From IMG/VR virus record IMGVR_UViG_3300003690_002850, positions 68,285-132,284 of that record: DNA of 64,000 nt; one strand, given 5' to 3'. The notes under the pieces were generated by a model. That model was not told where the DNA came from. It saw only the letters and a program-made list of their open reading frames with translations, and searched no databases. Shown one piece after another: positions 9,187 to 19,378 of the stretch. Made by a program: the position numbers and the translations under genes. Source of the DNA: a virus. Every line of letters starts with the position of its first letter. Positions within the stretch are counted from its first letter, which is position 1.

Positions 9187-10609
9187 AATACTGCGTAAAA
9201 ATATAATTTATATGCTCGCTGTCATATAATGATAGGCGCTGCTCCATGTGCCGTTGACCATAGCGTAAGTTATCAGCAACGTCAAAGATTATAAGCTCTT
9301 TTTTATCAGAATGCAATCGTAGGCCGCGGCCTATGCTTTGTATTATTTTTATTTTTGCTTTTCCGCCACCGGCGAACATTATATAATGTAAATTTTTTAT
9401 ATTAATACCTGTAGAAAATATTTTAGAAATAGCGACAACTATTATATTATTCTGTTCTTCCATTAATGTTTGTATTTTTTTACGCTCAGCTACCTCTACT
9501 TCTCCTTGAATAAAATATACTTGTTTAGTTTTACAAATATCTTTTAATGTATTAAGCAATAATTCACCATGCGCAATATAGTCGATTAATATTAACGCGT
9601 TCCTATCTAATTTATTTGAAAGCTTTGCTAATAAATTATTTCTAAAGCAATTATTGCGTATAAATTCATTTTCTTGCAAGTAGTACGCGTTAGAGTTGTT
9701 TCCATGATATATTTGTGAAGATGGTGTGTCGTAATTTAGTTCTAATACGTGTACTTTTGCGGGTACGACATACTTTTCGTTTCTTAATTCATAAGCTTTT
9801 TTTTCAAATAATTGCGGTCCTATCTTTCCAAAAATATTCCACTTGTCTAATAAATCGTCAGGTAACGTGCCAGTAAAGCCAAAGCGGTGTGAGGTAGTGA
9901 TTTTTTTGAGAATGTTATTTATCTTATTACCTCTTCTTACTTTATGTACTTCATCTACTATTAAAAAATCAATATGCTCTATCCACGAGATATCTTGCTT
10001 TGAGCTTTGTAGTATACCTAAATTAGCTATAATAATATTACGAGATAGTATTAATTCATCCTTCCCAGTATATTTGGTTGTAGAAAACGATACACCATAT
10101 TGCTCGAAGTCATATATTGTTTGATTTACTAATCCTAAATCAGGCACAATAACTAAGCCCTTAAAGTTTTTACTATAGTTTTTATAATAAAATTCTAACA
10201 AGCCAGCCATAGTTAAGGTTTTGCCGCCGGCGGTTGCTAATATTATTGTTCCGCGACCTATGTCAATACATTTATTAATTATATCTTGTTGATACTCTCT
10301 GTATTCTAAATTTAAATTATAATCAATAATATTATCTTTACGTAATGTAGGTACTAATGAATTTTTTATTTCTTTTGAAAAATTAATTTCTATATTTTTT
10401 ATTTTGCAAACCTTTGCAATTTCTATTAATAATCCAATATCAGATTTACCTTGTTGAGTAATTGCGTATGTTCGCTGAGGAACAAACCGGCCGAATCTTC
10501 TTTGAAAATAAGCTGCTTCGTTTTTTACACTAAAATGCTCTCTGATAATATCTAATTCAGGACCCTCTAACATAGCTTGAGAGTTTGAGCGTAATGTAAT
10601 ATTAATCAT
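9158..10609 (-). CDS. uvsW: SF2 DNA helicase UvsW
   Basis: REYQ, ATAGGKT, DEVH, GFTGT, STGINI, QSIGRGLR. Confidence 0.93.
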   Translation of the reverse strand: MINITLRSNSQAMLEGPELDIIREHFSVKNEAAYFQRRFGRFVPQRTYAITQQGKSDIGLLIEIAKVCKIKNIEINFSKEIKNSLVPTLRKDNIIDYNLNLEYREYQQDIINKCIDIGRGTIILATAGGKTLTMAGLLEFYYKNYSKNFKGLVIVPDLGLVNQTIYDFEQYGVSFSTTKYTGKDELILSRNIIIANLGILQSSKQDISWIEHIDFLIVDEVHKVRRGNKINNILKKITTSHRFGFTGTLPDDLLDKWNIFGKIGPQLFEKKAYELRNEKYVVPAKVHVLELNYDTPSSQIYHGNNSNAYYLQENEFIRNNCFRNNLLAKLSNKLDRNALILIDYIAHGELLLNTLKDICKTKQVYFIQGEVEVAERKKIQTLMEEQNNIIVVAISKIFSTGINIKNLHYIMFAGGGKAKIKIIQSIGRGLRLHSDKKELIIFDVADNLRYGQRHMEQRLSLYDSEHINYIFTQYYETKNKKEK

Positions 10610-11010
10610 TGAGTTTCAAGCTTCATTAATTCGACTAAATTTTTTATATCATTTGTCGCAAAGCTTATATTTTTGTATATATTTTCTAAGAAGCTAATAA
10701 TAAGTACTTCGTTTTGAATTTTTGAATCTATAGCTTTTATTTCTTTTTTATTTTGAACCGCCTTTTCTGCAATAGATCTATTTACGCGTACTGGTTCATC
10801 TTCTTGATACTTAGTTATATATCCCTCGAGGAGAGATGATCGATCAGATTTAAATCTATTTAAATTAATTTTATGATTAATTAATCTGGCGGACCATTTA
10901 TGTTTATTAGAAATCAATCGTTCTTGAGTGGAAGTAACTTCTAATCGATCTAAATTTGTATCAATACTCGCCTCTTTAAGGTATTGATTGATAATATTAC
11001 CAATCTCCAT
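10606..11010 (-). CDS. uvsY: recombination mediator UvsY-like
   Basis: 134-aa helical protein (HKWS..., IKNLVELMKLE) directly upstream of uvsW, as in T4-like phages. Confidence 0.7.
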   Translation of the reverse strand: MEIGNIINQYLKEASIDTNLDRLEVTSTQERLISNKHKWSARLINHKINLNRFKSDRSSLLEGYITKYQEDEPVRVNRSIAEKAVQNKKEIKAIDSKIQNEVLIISFLENIYKNISFATNDIKNLVELMKLETQ

Positions 11011-11055
11011 TTATTTATTATAGTATATTTATGTAGAAATCAACTAAATAATTAT
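11011..11055. promoter_or_regulatory. back-to-back promoters: minus-strand TTGATT-N15-TATAAT (uvsY) and plus-strand late TAAATA
   Basis: AATCAA at 11038-43, ATTATA at 11017-22; TAAATA at 11045-50 followed by ATTAT ATG (11056). Confidence 0.6.
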
Positions 11056-11283
11056 ATGCCGCTTAATTTATTTGATCAAGTAGTTACACAATTATTAAAT
11101 GATAACACTGTTGACTCGGCTGGGCTAGGTCAAGGCACAGGTGAGTATAATAGTGGAGATACATATCAACCAGGTGATGCGAGAATACCCAATGTATTAG
11201 GTGCTACTATAAAACGCAAAGGTAAGGTAAAGAAAAAGCGTACGCTTAAGCGTAAAAAGAAAAAACTTGCAAGGTCTAGCTAA
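11056..11283 (+). CDS. hypothetical protein with basic C-terminus
   Basis: ORF track 10984..11283; start moved to the in-frame ATG at 11056 after the late-promoter motif. Confidence 0.6.
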   Translation: MPLNLFDQVVTQLLNDNTVDSAGLGQGTGEYNSGDTYQPGDARIPNVLGATIKRKGKVKKKRTLKRKKKKLARSS

Positions 11284-11301
11284 GTGATAAGTAATTATAT
11301 A

Positions 11302-11817
11302 ATGCCTAGTGCAGCCAAACAAAAAGGTAATAGCTGGGAGCGAGAAGTCGCAAAAGATCTAAGTGAGACGTTTAATGAGAATTTTATTAGAGTTCCAAAC
11401 TCCGGAGCCTATACTGGAGGCGCTAATTTTCACCGACTTGATCGATTAACGGAAGATCAAAAGCGTATGATGGATGGAGATATTATGGTACCTCCGTGTA
11501 TGTCTTCCTTTAAGATCGAGTGTAAAAGCTATAAGACATTTGATTATCATAAATTATTCACTAATAATTTAACTTTAAATAAATGGATTAAACAAGCTGA
11601 AAGTGAAGACAATTGGTTTTTAGTTATTAAAGTAACTCGTAAAGGTAGTTATATTTTATTTCCAACAAACTTATCACATTATTTCCGATATAAAAACTAC
11701 TTGCGTTATACTAGCAAATATATTATAATTAGTTACACGGATTTTTGGAAGAACAATGCAGATAAAATTAGACAACTTAACGAAAAACACACATCTAAGC
11801 CCGAGTCACTCATATAG
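11302..11817 (+). CDS. PD-(D/E)XK nuclease, Holliday-junction resolvase-like
   Basis: AKQKGNSWEREVA, RVPNSGA, GDI, IECKSY; ATG at 11302 preferred over GTG at 11284. Confidence 0.75.
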   Translation: MPSAAKQKGNSWEREVAKDLSETFNENFIRVPNSGAYTGGANFHRLDRLTEDQKRMMDGDIMVPPCMSSFKIECKSYKTFDYHKLFTNNLTLNKWIKQAESEDNWFLVIKVTRKGSYILFPTNLSHYFRYKNYLRYTSKYIIISYTDFWKNNADKIRQLNEKHTSKPESLI

Positions 11818-12316
11818 GTTACCTAATTCGCTCTTTAATATTATTAATTTTACTCCGGTAATAGAGCATATTCATAATTCGTCTATAGATAAAGTATCTG
11901 AATTTGACAATGAATTAAAATTTAATAATAAACAGCATAAAAAATATATATTTCATTATTTTATACACTATACCTGCGAGGTATTAAAGAGTTATAATAA
12001 TAAGAAGAAGCCTGTGATATATTTTGATACTGCTAATACGCTCAATGAAAAATATATTCCTTTTTTAGATGTTTTTACTAAAAAATTCCCGGTTATTGTA
12101 ATACGTGGACCACTGTCTTTTACAGGTTTTAAGAAAAAACTTAAATGTGATGGTTTTGCAGCGGAGCTAATTGTAGTGTTAATGAGAAGACTTACTAAGA
12201 TACAAACCGGTAAGTTTTATTTTAGTAAATTACAATATTTCTGTAAACACTATGAATTGACATTTTTAGATAAAACATATTTCAATGATATAAGAAATAA
12301 GCTTTCGTTGCTATAA
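11756..12316 (+). CDS. hypothetical protein
   Basis: 186-aa ORF filling the gap between co-oriented genes; no recognised motif. Confidence 0.6.
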   Translation: MQIKLDNLTKNTHLSPSHSYRLPNSLFNIINFTPVIEHIHNSSIDKVSEFDNELKFNNKQHKKYIFHYFIHYTCEVLKSYNNKKKPVIYFDTANTLNEKYIPFLDVFTKKFPVIVIRGPLSFTGFKKKLKCDGFAAELIVVLMRRLTKIQTGKFYFSKLQYFCKHYELTFLDKTYFNDIRNKLSLL

Positions 12317-12319
12317 ATA
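12312..12319 (+). promoter_or_regulatory. T4-type late promoter TATAAATA, 6 nt before ATG
   Basis: exact T4 gp55 consensus; gp55 is encoded in the window. Confidence 0.7.
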
Positions 12320-12325
12320 ATTAAA

Positions 12326-13495
12326 ATGAGTAGGTTTCTTAAAAAAATTGCTGAATTGACTAATAATGATGATGGAGCTACCTCAGATCCACGAGACGCG
12401 GCAACAACCGCTGCCCAGAATAAAAAAGATAAGGGTGACAAACTTACTCCTGGAGAATTAAAGTTACTCCGTTCAAAGGAGGAAAAACTTGCCGCAGCAA
12501 CAGATAAAAATAACCAAGCCGCTGCTGCAATAAGAAATATAAAGGCCTCAACAACCGTCGATGGTGAAGCGCTTACAGAGCAAGGCCCGGACGAGTTTGT
12601 TCCAAGACAAGGTCCGCCAGCTGGTGGTGAGTTTGAACCAGCAATTCCTCCACCTGGTATTGGAGCACCTCCTATTCCACCTGTTGTTGAGCCGGCTGAA
12701 CCGTTAACAACAGAAGGAGAAACGTTTTTAGTGAACCTCGCTCGTAAGGCACTACATATTGATTTATCTGACGTGTTGTTATCAGACGCAGAAAGAGAGC
12801 TTGTTAATAAGGATGCTGTGCCGGAAAATTCTAAAAAGGTTGCTAAGGTTGTACGTAGAATAATCGTTGATCAAGGATTAAGTGAAGGGTTTGTGTCTAA
12901 GGCTGATGTTGTTCTTGAAGACTTGTTAAAAAAAAACGATAGAGTAGTCGTTCTTGTTCCCGGTAGCTTTAAACCACCACATAAAGGTCATTATGAAATG
13001 GTCAAACAATATAGTGAAACTTATCCTGATGGTCATGTTCATGTTTTAATTTCTGCTCCATCTGCTAAAAGTGAGAGAAAGACTAAAGATGGTAGAATAA
13101 TTACTCCAACTGCTGCTGCTCAAATTTTTGAATTATATGTTGAACCTCTTAATAATGTAACAGTAAGTATTTCTGAGTATCCTTCACCAGTAACAGCTGC
13201 ATATGAATCTCTCAAGACATTAGATTCAGGAACAACGGTTGTACTGGGTGCTAGTAATAAAGATAATGACTGGAAGCGTTGGTCGTATGCACAGCAATGG
13301 GCAGAAAAGGAAGAATTAGGTTTAAATATTCTCGATCCAGCAGAGACTGCTGTTGATGTTACTATAGACGCCACTGGCCTGCCTTATAGCGCCGGTAATA
13401 TTAGAGATAATTTTGATGACTTTGATCTGATACGGAATGATATTCCAGATCACGTTGACCTGGATCAAATTAAACAAGTATTTGATTCATTATGA
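12326..13495 (+). CDS. HxGH cytidylyltransferase-like domain protein with low-complexity/Pro-rich N-terminus
   Basis: VVLVPGSFKPPHKGH motif, C-terminal YSAGNIR; family common in T4-like marine phages. Confidence 0.75.
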   Translation: MSRFLKKIAELTNNDDGATSDPRDAATTAAQNKKDKGDKLTPGELKLLRSKEEKLAAATDKNNQAAAAIRNIKASTTVDGEALTEQGPDEFVPRQGPPAGGEFEPAIPPPGIGAPPIPPVVEPAEPLTTEGETFLVNLARKALHIDLSDVLLSDAERELVNKDAVPENSKKVAKVVRRIIVDQGLSEGFVSKADVVLEDLLKKNDRVVVLVPGSFKPPHKGHYEMVKQYSETYPDGHVHVLISAPSAKSERKTKDGRIITPTAAAQIFELYVEPLNNVTVSISEYPSPVTAAYESLKTLDSGTTVVLGASNKDNDWKRWSYAQQWAEKEELGLNILDPAETAVDVTIDATGLPYSAGNIRDNFDDFDLIRNDIPDHVDLDQIKQVFDSL

Positions 13496-14136
13496 TATCA
13501 TTTAAACGATTTGTTTTAGAAGGTAACTGGGCTACTGGCCAAACGCCAGGTGATTCAGGTGAAATGCTCAACATGTTGAGTGGTGATGTATATCCAGAAG
13601 TAACAAAAGGGTGGTATAACGACGATGGTCGTGACAGACCTATGGTACTATTAGATTTACCAAAAGGAAAATTAGCGTTTTACCAATCATCAGAGGGTAC
13701 TAGTGGAAAGGAAGCTGGAGATTGGTATCCTTTTTTTGGAATAGGGAGTCAGGGGTATATAATAAAAGGCGAGGTTAGTAAAATGAATACAGGATATAAT
13801 CAGCCTCAAATTAAAGAAATAATGAATACATTAAACTCATATTATCCTCCTGTGAATTCAAATAAATTAGACGTAACGTTATTTCGGAATGGTGTTGATG
13901 GGACGGATATATCAAAACAGGCTTACGGAGAAAACCAATTTCTTGATATTAGAGAAATTAGTGCACAAGACGTAGGGAAAGAGTTTTTTGAGAGTAATGT
14001 TGTAAATTTTATAAAGCATATATATGATATTTTAACTAACCTAGGGTTTACTGTTAGTCCTGAGGATATTGTTAAATTTAAACCTGACAATAGGGAATTT
14101 TGGCTGGGCAAGTTGAATGCAGTTGGTGTTTCCTGA
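13492..14136 (+). CDS. hypothetical protein, possible capsid-targeted internal protein
   Basis: N-terminus MISFKRFVLE resembles the T4 capsid-targeting sequence; downstream of a late promoter. Confidence 0.55.
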   Translation: MISFKRFVLEGNWATGQTPGDSGEMLNMLSGDVYPEVTKGWYNDDGRDRPMVLLDLPKGKLAFYQSSEGTSGKEAGDWYPFFGIGSQGYIIKGEVSKMNTGYNQPQIKEIMNTLNSYYPPVNSNKLDVTLFRNGVDGTDISKQAYGENQFLDIREISAQDVGKEFFESNVVNFIKHIYDILTNLGFTVSPEDIVKFKPDNREFWLGKLNAVGVS

Positions 14137-14781
14137 TTAGGAACATTTTAAATCTCTTACAAAATTATAAAATTCCTGTCTTGTAAGATCAGTTTTATCT
14201 AAAAATGCTCCTGACATTCTAGCAGTTTTCATTGTACTGTCATGCTTAACGCCTCTTACACAAGCACACATATGATTAGCTTCTACTAATACTGCTACAC
14301 CATTATTTTCATCACATACTTTATCTATATGTGTATGGATTTGCATAGTTAGATTTTCTTGTACCTGAGGGCGTCTCGCAAACCACTCAACGATTCTATT
14401 CAATTTACTTAATCCAATTACCTTTCCATCTCTTCCCGGTATATATGCTACATGCGCAACACCTATAAACGGTAAATGATGATGAGAGCAAAAGGAATGT
14501 ACTGTAATATTACCTTGAAATACAATTCCATCATACTTATCAATATTATCGAATGCAGTAATTTTAGGAGGTTCCGTATAGCATCCTTCTGCTAAGTCAT
14601 TTACAAATGCTTTTGCTACTCTTAAGGGTGTATTTGAGCTATTAGGATCATTTCTCCAATCAAACCCTAGGGCATCCATATATCCCTCGTACGCTATAGC
14701 GGCATTATTGATTATATATTCTTTTTCCTCGTCGGTTCGCGGTCGATTTTGATTAGCGTATTGAAGTAAAACCTCACTCAT
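14137..14781 (-). CDS. folE: GTP cyclohydrolase I
   Basis: [43 protein letters not shown]; ATG at 14781 preferred from promoter geometry. Confidence 0.96.
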   Translation of the reverse strand: MSEVLLQYANQNRPRTDEEKEYIINNAAIAYEGYMDALGFDWRNDPNSSNTPLRVAKAFVNDLAEGCYTEPPKITAFDNIDKYDGIVFQGNITVHSFCSHHHLPFIGVAHVAYIPGRDGKVIGLSKLNRIVEWFARRPQVQENLTMQIHTHIDKVCDENNGVAVLVEANHMCACVRGVKHDSTMKTARMSGAFLDKTDLTRQEFYNFVRDLKCS

Positions 14782-14832
14782 ATGAATCATTATAACGTAT
14801 TTGAATTATAAATCAACTTAATAAATAATTAT
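14782..14832. promoter_or_regulatory. back-to-back promoters: minus-strand TTGATT-N16-TATAAT (folE) and plus-strand late ATAAATA (paralog array)
   Basis: AATCAA at 14811-16, ATTATA at 14789-94; TAAATA at 14822-27 followed by ATTAT ATG (14833). Confidence 0.65.
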
Positions 14833-15690
14833 ATGGCTACTGAGCGACCATGGTGGAAAGCTTTTCAAAATAATATAGCTGATTCTGATGACGATTTACC
14901 TGAAAGTGATAAAGTTTATAAACGATCACGTCTTCTAGGAGACATGCACTTTATCGAAAAGACTCCGGTATGTTTAGAGGTTATAAATCCTTCTGATAAA
15001 GAATATATTATATTATGTGCTGGCTGCTCTTTTACTCACTGCCACAAAGGACATGAAGAGTATCCGTATGCCAGTATCTTACCTGGTCGAACGTTTAATA
15101 TTGGAAAGCGCGGTATTGGTATTTGTTCTAAATATTTTAGAATATTTTTTAAAAAACACCCAGATGTAAATTTAACACATGTCGTTTATCAAGTGCCCTG
15201 TCCATCGCGCCAACCTGTAGACTTAAATGATTATGATGAAAATCATTTTAGATCCACCCTGAAGAGAGACGACCTTAAATCGGTATGGATGCAGATATCT
15301 GGTTGTCGTTTATCGAAACGCCAGAATACCAGCTTGGAAGCTTTTGATAAAATAGATCAATATTATAAAAAAGCTATAGATCAGGTTGATATTAATGTTA
15401 AATTAATTCGAAAAAAACAACCTAACGTGAAAATAATATTTTTACGCTATGAACACACTCAAAGGCCATTAATATATGAATTTAGCAAGAAGTTTTATAA
15501 AAACGTGTTAGCAGATTATTGTAAGAAAAACAATATTTCATATATATATGAAGAAAATTTTAATACACAGTGGTTTAAATTTAACAATTATGGTGCGCTT
15601 GAAATCACCCGTAAGCGTGAAAAGCCCGGAGTTCATCCCAATAAAGCAGGCGCTAAATTGATAGCAGATAAAATAAAAGAGTATTTATGA
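14833..15690 (+). CDS. SGNH/GDSL-like hydrolase or acyltransferase, array copy 1
   Basis: ILCAGCSFT, NIGKRGIG, THVVYQVPCPSRQP, IIFLRYE, HPNKAGAKLIADKIKEYL. Confidence 0.7.
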   Translation: MATERPWWKAFQNNIADSDDDLPESDKVYKRSRLLGDMHFIEKTPVCLEVINPSDKEYIILCAGCSFTHCHKGHEEYPYASILPGRTFNIGKRGIGICSKYFRIFFKKHPDVNLTHVVYQVPCPSRQPVDLNDYDENHFRSTLKRDDLKSVWMQISGCRLSKRQNTSLEAFDKIDQYYKKAIDQVDINVKLIRKKQPNVKIIFLRYEHTQRPLIYEFSKKFYKNVLADYCKKNNISYIYEENFNTQWFKFNNYGALEITRKREKPGVHPNKAGAKLIADKIKEYL

Positions 15691-16412
15691 CGTATAATAT
15701 ATTATGTGCCGGTTGTTCTTTTACTCACGGCAATTTTAAAGAAATACGAGATGGCTTCAAACCGGTTGTTGACACGCCCGATCACCGCGCTGGCGGCATG
15801 AAATGTAAATTTGGGCGAGAGGGGTGGTATCCGTATGCTAATTTTCTACCCGGGACAACTTGGAATATCGGGAGATGTGGTGGTGGTATTACTCCTAAAT
15901 ATTTTAAAAAATGGTTTTGGCGAAACACAGAAGAAAAGCTAACACATGTTGTTTATCAAGTACCTAGCCCGGTTCGCCAGCCTGTAGATTTAAATGATTA
16001 TGATGAAAACCATTTTTATCAGTGCCCTTCGCACTTCAAAGGCCATCGCGGCTTCCCAGAGACAGTATTTGTTGCATTAAGACAATCTAAATTACAAGCT
16101 TTTGATAAAAAAGATCAATATCATGAAAAATCTGTAGTCATGGTTGATACTAGTGTTAATTTAATTCGAAAAAAACAACCTAATGCAAAAATAATAATTT
16201 TACGTTATGAGGATACGAGAAGGCCGTTACTGCGTGAATTTACTAAAGACTTTTATAAAATCATGCTAGCAGATTATTGTAAGGATAATGATATTCCATA
16301 TATATATGAAGAAAATTTTAATACTATGTGGTTTAAGAAGAACAATTGTGGCCTTCATCCCAATAAAGCTGGTGCTAAGTTAATAGCAGATAAAATAAAG
16401 GAGTATTTATGA
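15687..16412 (+). CDS. SGNH-like protein, array copy 2
   Basis: same blocks as copy 1; ATGA overlap. Confidence 0.7.
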   Translation: MTYNILCAGCSFTHGNFKEIRDGFKPVVDTPDHRAGGMKCKFGREGWYPYANFLPGTTWNIGRCGGGITPKYFKKWFWRNTEEKLTHVVYQVPSPVRQPVDLNDYDENHFYQCPSHFKGHRGFPETVFVALRQSKLQAFDKKDQYHEKSVVMVDTSVNLIRKKQPNAKIIILRYEDTRRPLLREFTKDFYKIMLADYCKDNDIPYIYEENFNTMWFKKNNCGLHPNKAGAKLIADKIKEYL

Positions 16413-17161
16413 TTATCTTAAACGATGGTTGTTCTTTTTCTCGAGACCGATCGCCCACGGTCGATGCAGTGGGTCGATTATCGTATTGCATGTTCTTACC
16501 CGATATTATACATAATATTGCACACAGTGGCTCTGGTATTGAGAGTACGCGTTTGACTGGCTGGTTAAGAAGAAATAATAAGACTATAGCGGTAACGCAT
16601 TTTATTTATCAAATACCTTCCCCATCGCGACAGATTTTATGGTCCGAATTTAATGATGAACATTTTTTCAAAGCTCCATTTTATGAAAAGTTTCTCTTAT
16701 ATTGGAACTGGCTCATTCCATTAAGAGCATTATTAGAGAACGGCGTCATTCTCCCGAACGGCAAGCCATATAATAATAAACAAATAAAGGATTTATGTAT
16801 TGCGCGCAATACTAATGTACATGAACTATTAGTAAAAAGCTTTGAACATAAAGAGAGATACTTAATAAAAGCTTTAATCGAAACCGAAAAAATTGTAAAT
16901 ATTATACGTAAAGCCTATTCTGATATAAAAATTATATTTTTACGATACGAGGAATCCTCGCGCCCATTAATTTATGAATTTTGTAACGATTTTTATAAAA
17001 ATATGTTACCAGATTATTGTAAAGATAATGATATTACGTATATCTATGAAGAAAATTTTCATACAAAATGGTTTAATGCAAATGGGTTCTGCGCTGATAA
17101 CAGACATTCCAATAAAGCTGGTGCCAAGTTAATAGCAGATAAAATAAAGGAGTATTTGTAA
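16409..17161 (+). CDS. SGNH-like protein, array copy 3
   Basis: ILNDGCSFS, THFIYQIPSPSRQ, DNRHSNKAGAKLIADKIKEYL. Confidence 0.7.
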   Translation: MIILNDGCSFSRDRSPTVDAVGRLSYCMFLPDIIHNIAHSGSGIESTRLTGWLRRNNKTIAVTHFIYQIPSPSRQILWSEFNDEHFFKAPFYEKFLLYWNWLIPLRALLENGVILPNGKPYNNKQIKDLCIARNTNVHELLVKSFEHKERYLIKALIETEKIVNIIRKAYSDIKIIFLRYEESSRPLIYEFCNDFYKNMLPDYCKDNDITYIYEENFHTKWFNANGFCADNRHSNKAGAKLIADKIKEYL

Positions 17162-17988
17162 TGGATAATACGACAACTTTCGTACCTGGTGGTAATTGGG
17201 ATTTTGATTTCAATAGTACTGATAAAGAGAATATAGAATATAAAATATTATGCGCCGGTTGCTCTTTTACAAAATGTGTTAGGCTCCCTGTAGGTAATAA
17301 TTTTGGCGGATATTCTTATAGTGATTACTTACCGGGTAAAGTATACAACATTGGTGAACCTGGTGTTGGAATTACAAAACATGTAATAGAAAGGTTTGTC
17401 CGAGAAAATAAAGGTATAGAACTAACACATTTTATGTATCAAGTACCCAGCCCGGCTCGACAGCCTGTAGATTTAAATGAGCAAAGACACTCACAGTTTC
17501 ATATTAGAATCCCCGTAAAGGAGAAAGAAATAATAACCCATGGGTACCATGGTACAAAATTAAATGAAAATAATATATGGAATACGTTAGTATTATTTTG
17601 CTCGGACAGAGAAAATAGTAGATGGAGATCAATCGAATCTATAACCAGTAAACGTCTTACGGAAATTTTTACTAATCATGAGAAATATTTAAATAAAGCT
17701 ATAGATCAAGTACATATTAATGTCGAGTTTATTCGAGAGAGATACCCTAATATTAAAATAATATTTTTACGGTATGAAGTCAGTACCATTCCTTTACTTA
17801 ATGCATTTTGTAAAGATTGGTATAAGAATATTTTAAACGATTACTGTAAAGAAAAAAATATTACATATATATATGTAGAAAACTTTAATACAAAATGGTT
17901 TAAAAAGAACAATATGACAACGGATAGTGTGCATCCCGATAAAACTGGTGCTAAATTAATAGCAGATAAAATAAAGGAGTATTTATGA
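17161..17988 (+). CDS. SGNH-like protein, array copy 4
   Basis: ILCAGCSFT, THFMYQVPSPARQP, DSVHPDKTGAKLIADKIKEYL. Confidence 0.7.
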   Translation: MDNTTTFVPGGNWDFDFNSTDKENIEYKILCAGCSFTKCVRLPVGNNFGGYSYSDYLPGKVYNIGEPGVGITKHVIERFVRENKGIELTHFMYQVPSPARQPVDLNEQRHSQFHIRIPVKEKEIITHGYHGTKLNENNIWNTLVLFCSDRENSRWRSIESITSKRLTEIFTNHEKYLNKAIDQVHINVEFIRERYPNIKIIFLRYEVSTIPLLNAFCKDWYKNILNDYCKEKNITYIYVENFNTKWFKKNNMTTDSVHPDKTGAKLIADKIKEYL

Positions 17989-18731
17989 TATACAATATAT
18001 TATGCGCCGGGTGTTCTTTTACTCACGGAAATAAAAAATATCATCTTAGCAATAAGCCGGCGTATTGGTATCCGTATGCTAATTTTCTACCTGGTTGTAC
18101 GTATAATATTGGAAAATGTGGTCACGGTATTTCTCCTAAATATTTTAGGCTATTTTTTAAACAATACAAAGAAGAAAAGCTAACACACGTTGTTTATCAA
18201 GTACCCAGCCCGGTTCGCCAGCCTATAGATTTAAATGATTATGATGAAGATCATTTTAAACTTAGAATTGGAGGACGTGATAAGTATGATGCTTTAAACG
18301 GTCATACTTATATACATCAAGATGGCCAATTGGAGGAAGCAAGCATCAATGATGTTGTATGGGTTCCAGGAAACAAACAAACAGTATATAGTCAATTAAA
18401 ACACTTCAACATACAGGTTTTTAATAAAAAAGATCAATATCTTGAAAAAGCTATAGATATAGTTAATATTAATGTTAATTTAATTCGAGAAAACCAACCT
18501 AATGCGAAAATTATATTTTTACGTTATGAGGATACGAGAAAACCGTTACATTATGAATTTAGCGAGAAGTTTTATAAAAACATGCTAGCAGATTATTGTA
18601 AGGAAAAAAATATTCCATATATATATGAAGAAAATTTTAATACAAAATGGTTTAAAAAGAACAAATGCGGAATTCATCCTAATAAATCAGGCGCTAAATT
18701 GATAGCAGATAAAATAAAAGAGTATTTATGA
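17985..18731 (+). CDS. SGNH-like protein, array copy 5
   Basis: same conserved blocks. Confidence 0.7.
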   Translation: MIYNILCAGCSFTHGNKKYHLSNKPAYWYPYANFLPGCTYNIGKCGHGISPKYFRLFFKQYKEEKLTHVVYQVPSPVRQPIDLNDYDEDHFKLRIGGRDKYDALNGHTYIHQDGQLEEASINDVVWVPGNKQTVYSQLKHFNIQVFNKKDQYLEKAIDIVNINVNLIRENQPNAKIIFLRYEDTRKPLHYEFSEKFYKNMLADYCKEKNIPYIYEENFNTKWFKKNKCGIHPNKSGAKLIADKIKEYL

Positions 18732-19378
18732 CGTATAATATATTATGCGCCGGATGTTCATTTACTGACGGTAATTTTAGAAAATTCGCAAAATCAGATT
18801 GGGCCGCCAGTCATTCGTATGCTAATTTTTTACCCGGTAAAACTCATAATATCGGTAGCGCTGGTTTTGGTATTTCTCCTAAATTATTTAGAACATTTTT
18901 TAATGAACACAAAGAAGAAAAGCTAACACATGTTGTTTATCAAGTACCATCCCCTTCACGTCAACCTATAGATTTAGACGATTATAATGAAGATAATTTA
19001 GGTCAACATTGGCGTTGTTTTATATTTAAACATAAGAGTCAAAAAAGAGAATTCAACATACAGGTTTTTGATAAAAAAGATCAATATCTTAAAAAATCTA
19101 TAGGTATGGTTGATATCAATGTTAAATTAATTCAAAAAAAACAACCTAATGCTAAAATAATATTTTTACGTTATGAGGATACGAGAAGACCTTTACTGTA
19201 TGAATTTACTAAAGATTTTTATAAAACCATGCTAGCAGATTATTGTAAGAAAAACGATATTCCATATATATATGAAGAAAATTTTCATACACAGTGGTTT
19301 TACACGAACAAATATGGAATTCATCCTAATAAAGTAGGTGCCAAGTTAATAGCAGATAAAATAAAGGAGTATTTGTAA
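18728..19378 (+). CDS. SGNH-like protein, array copy 6
   Basis: same conserved blocks; shortest copy (216 aa). Confidence 0.7.
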   Translation: MTYNILCAGCSFTDGNFRKFAKSDWAASHSYANFLPGKTHNIGSAGFGISPKLFRTFFNEHKEEKLTHVVYQVPSPSRQPIDLDDYNEDNLGQHWRCFIFKHKSQKREFNIQVFDKKDQYLKKSIGMVDINVKLIQKKQPNAKIIFLRYEDTRRPLLYEFTKDFYKTMLADYCKKNDIPYIYEENFHTQWFYTNKYGIHPNKVGAKLIADKIKEYL

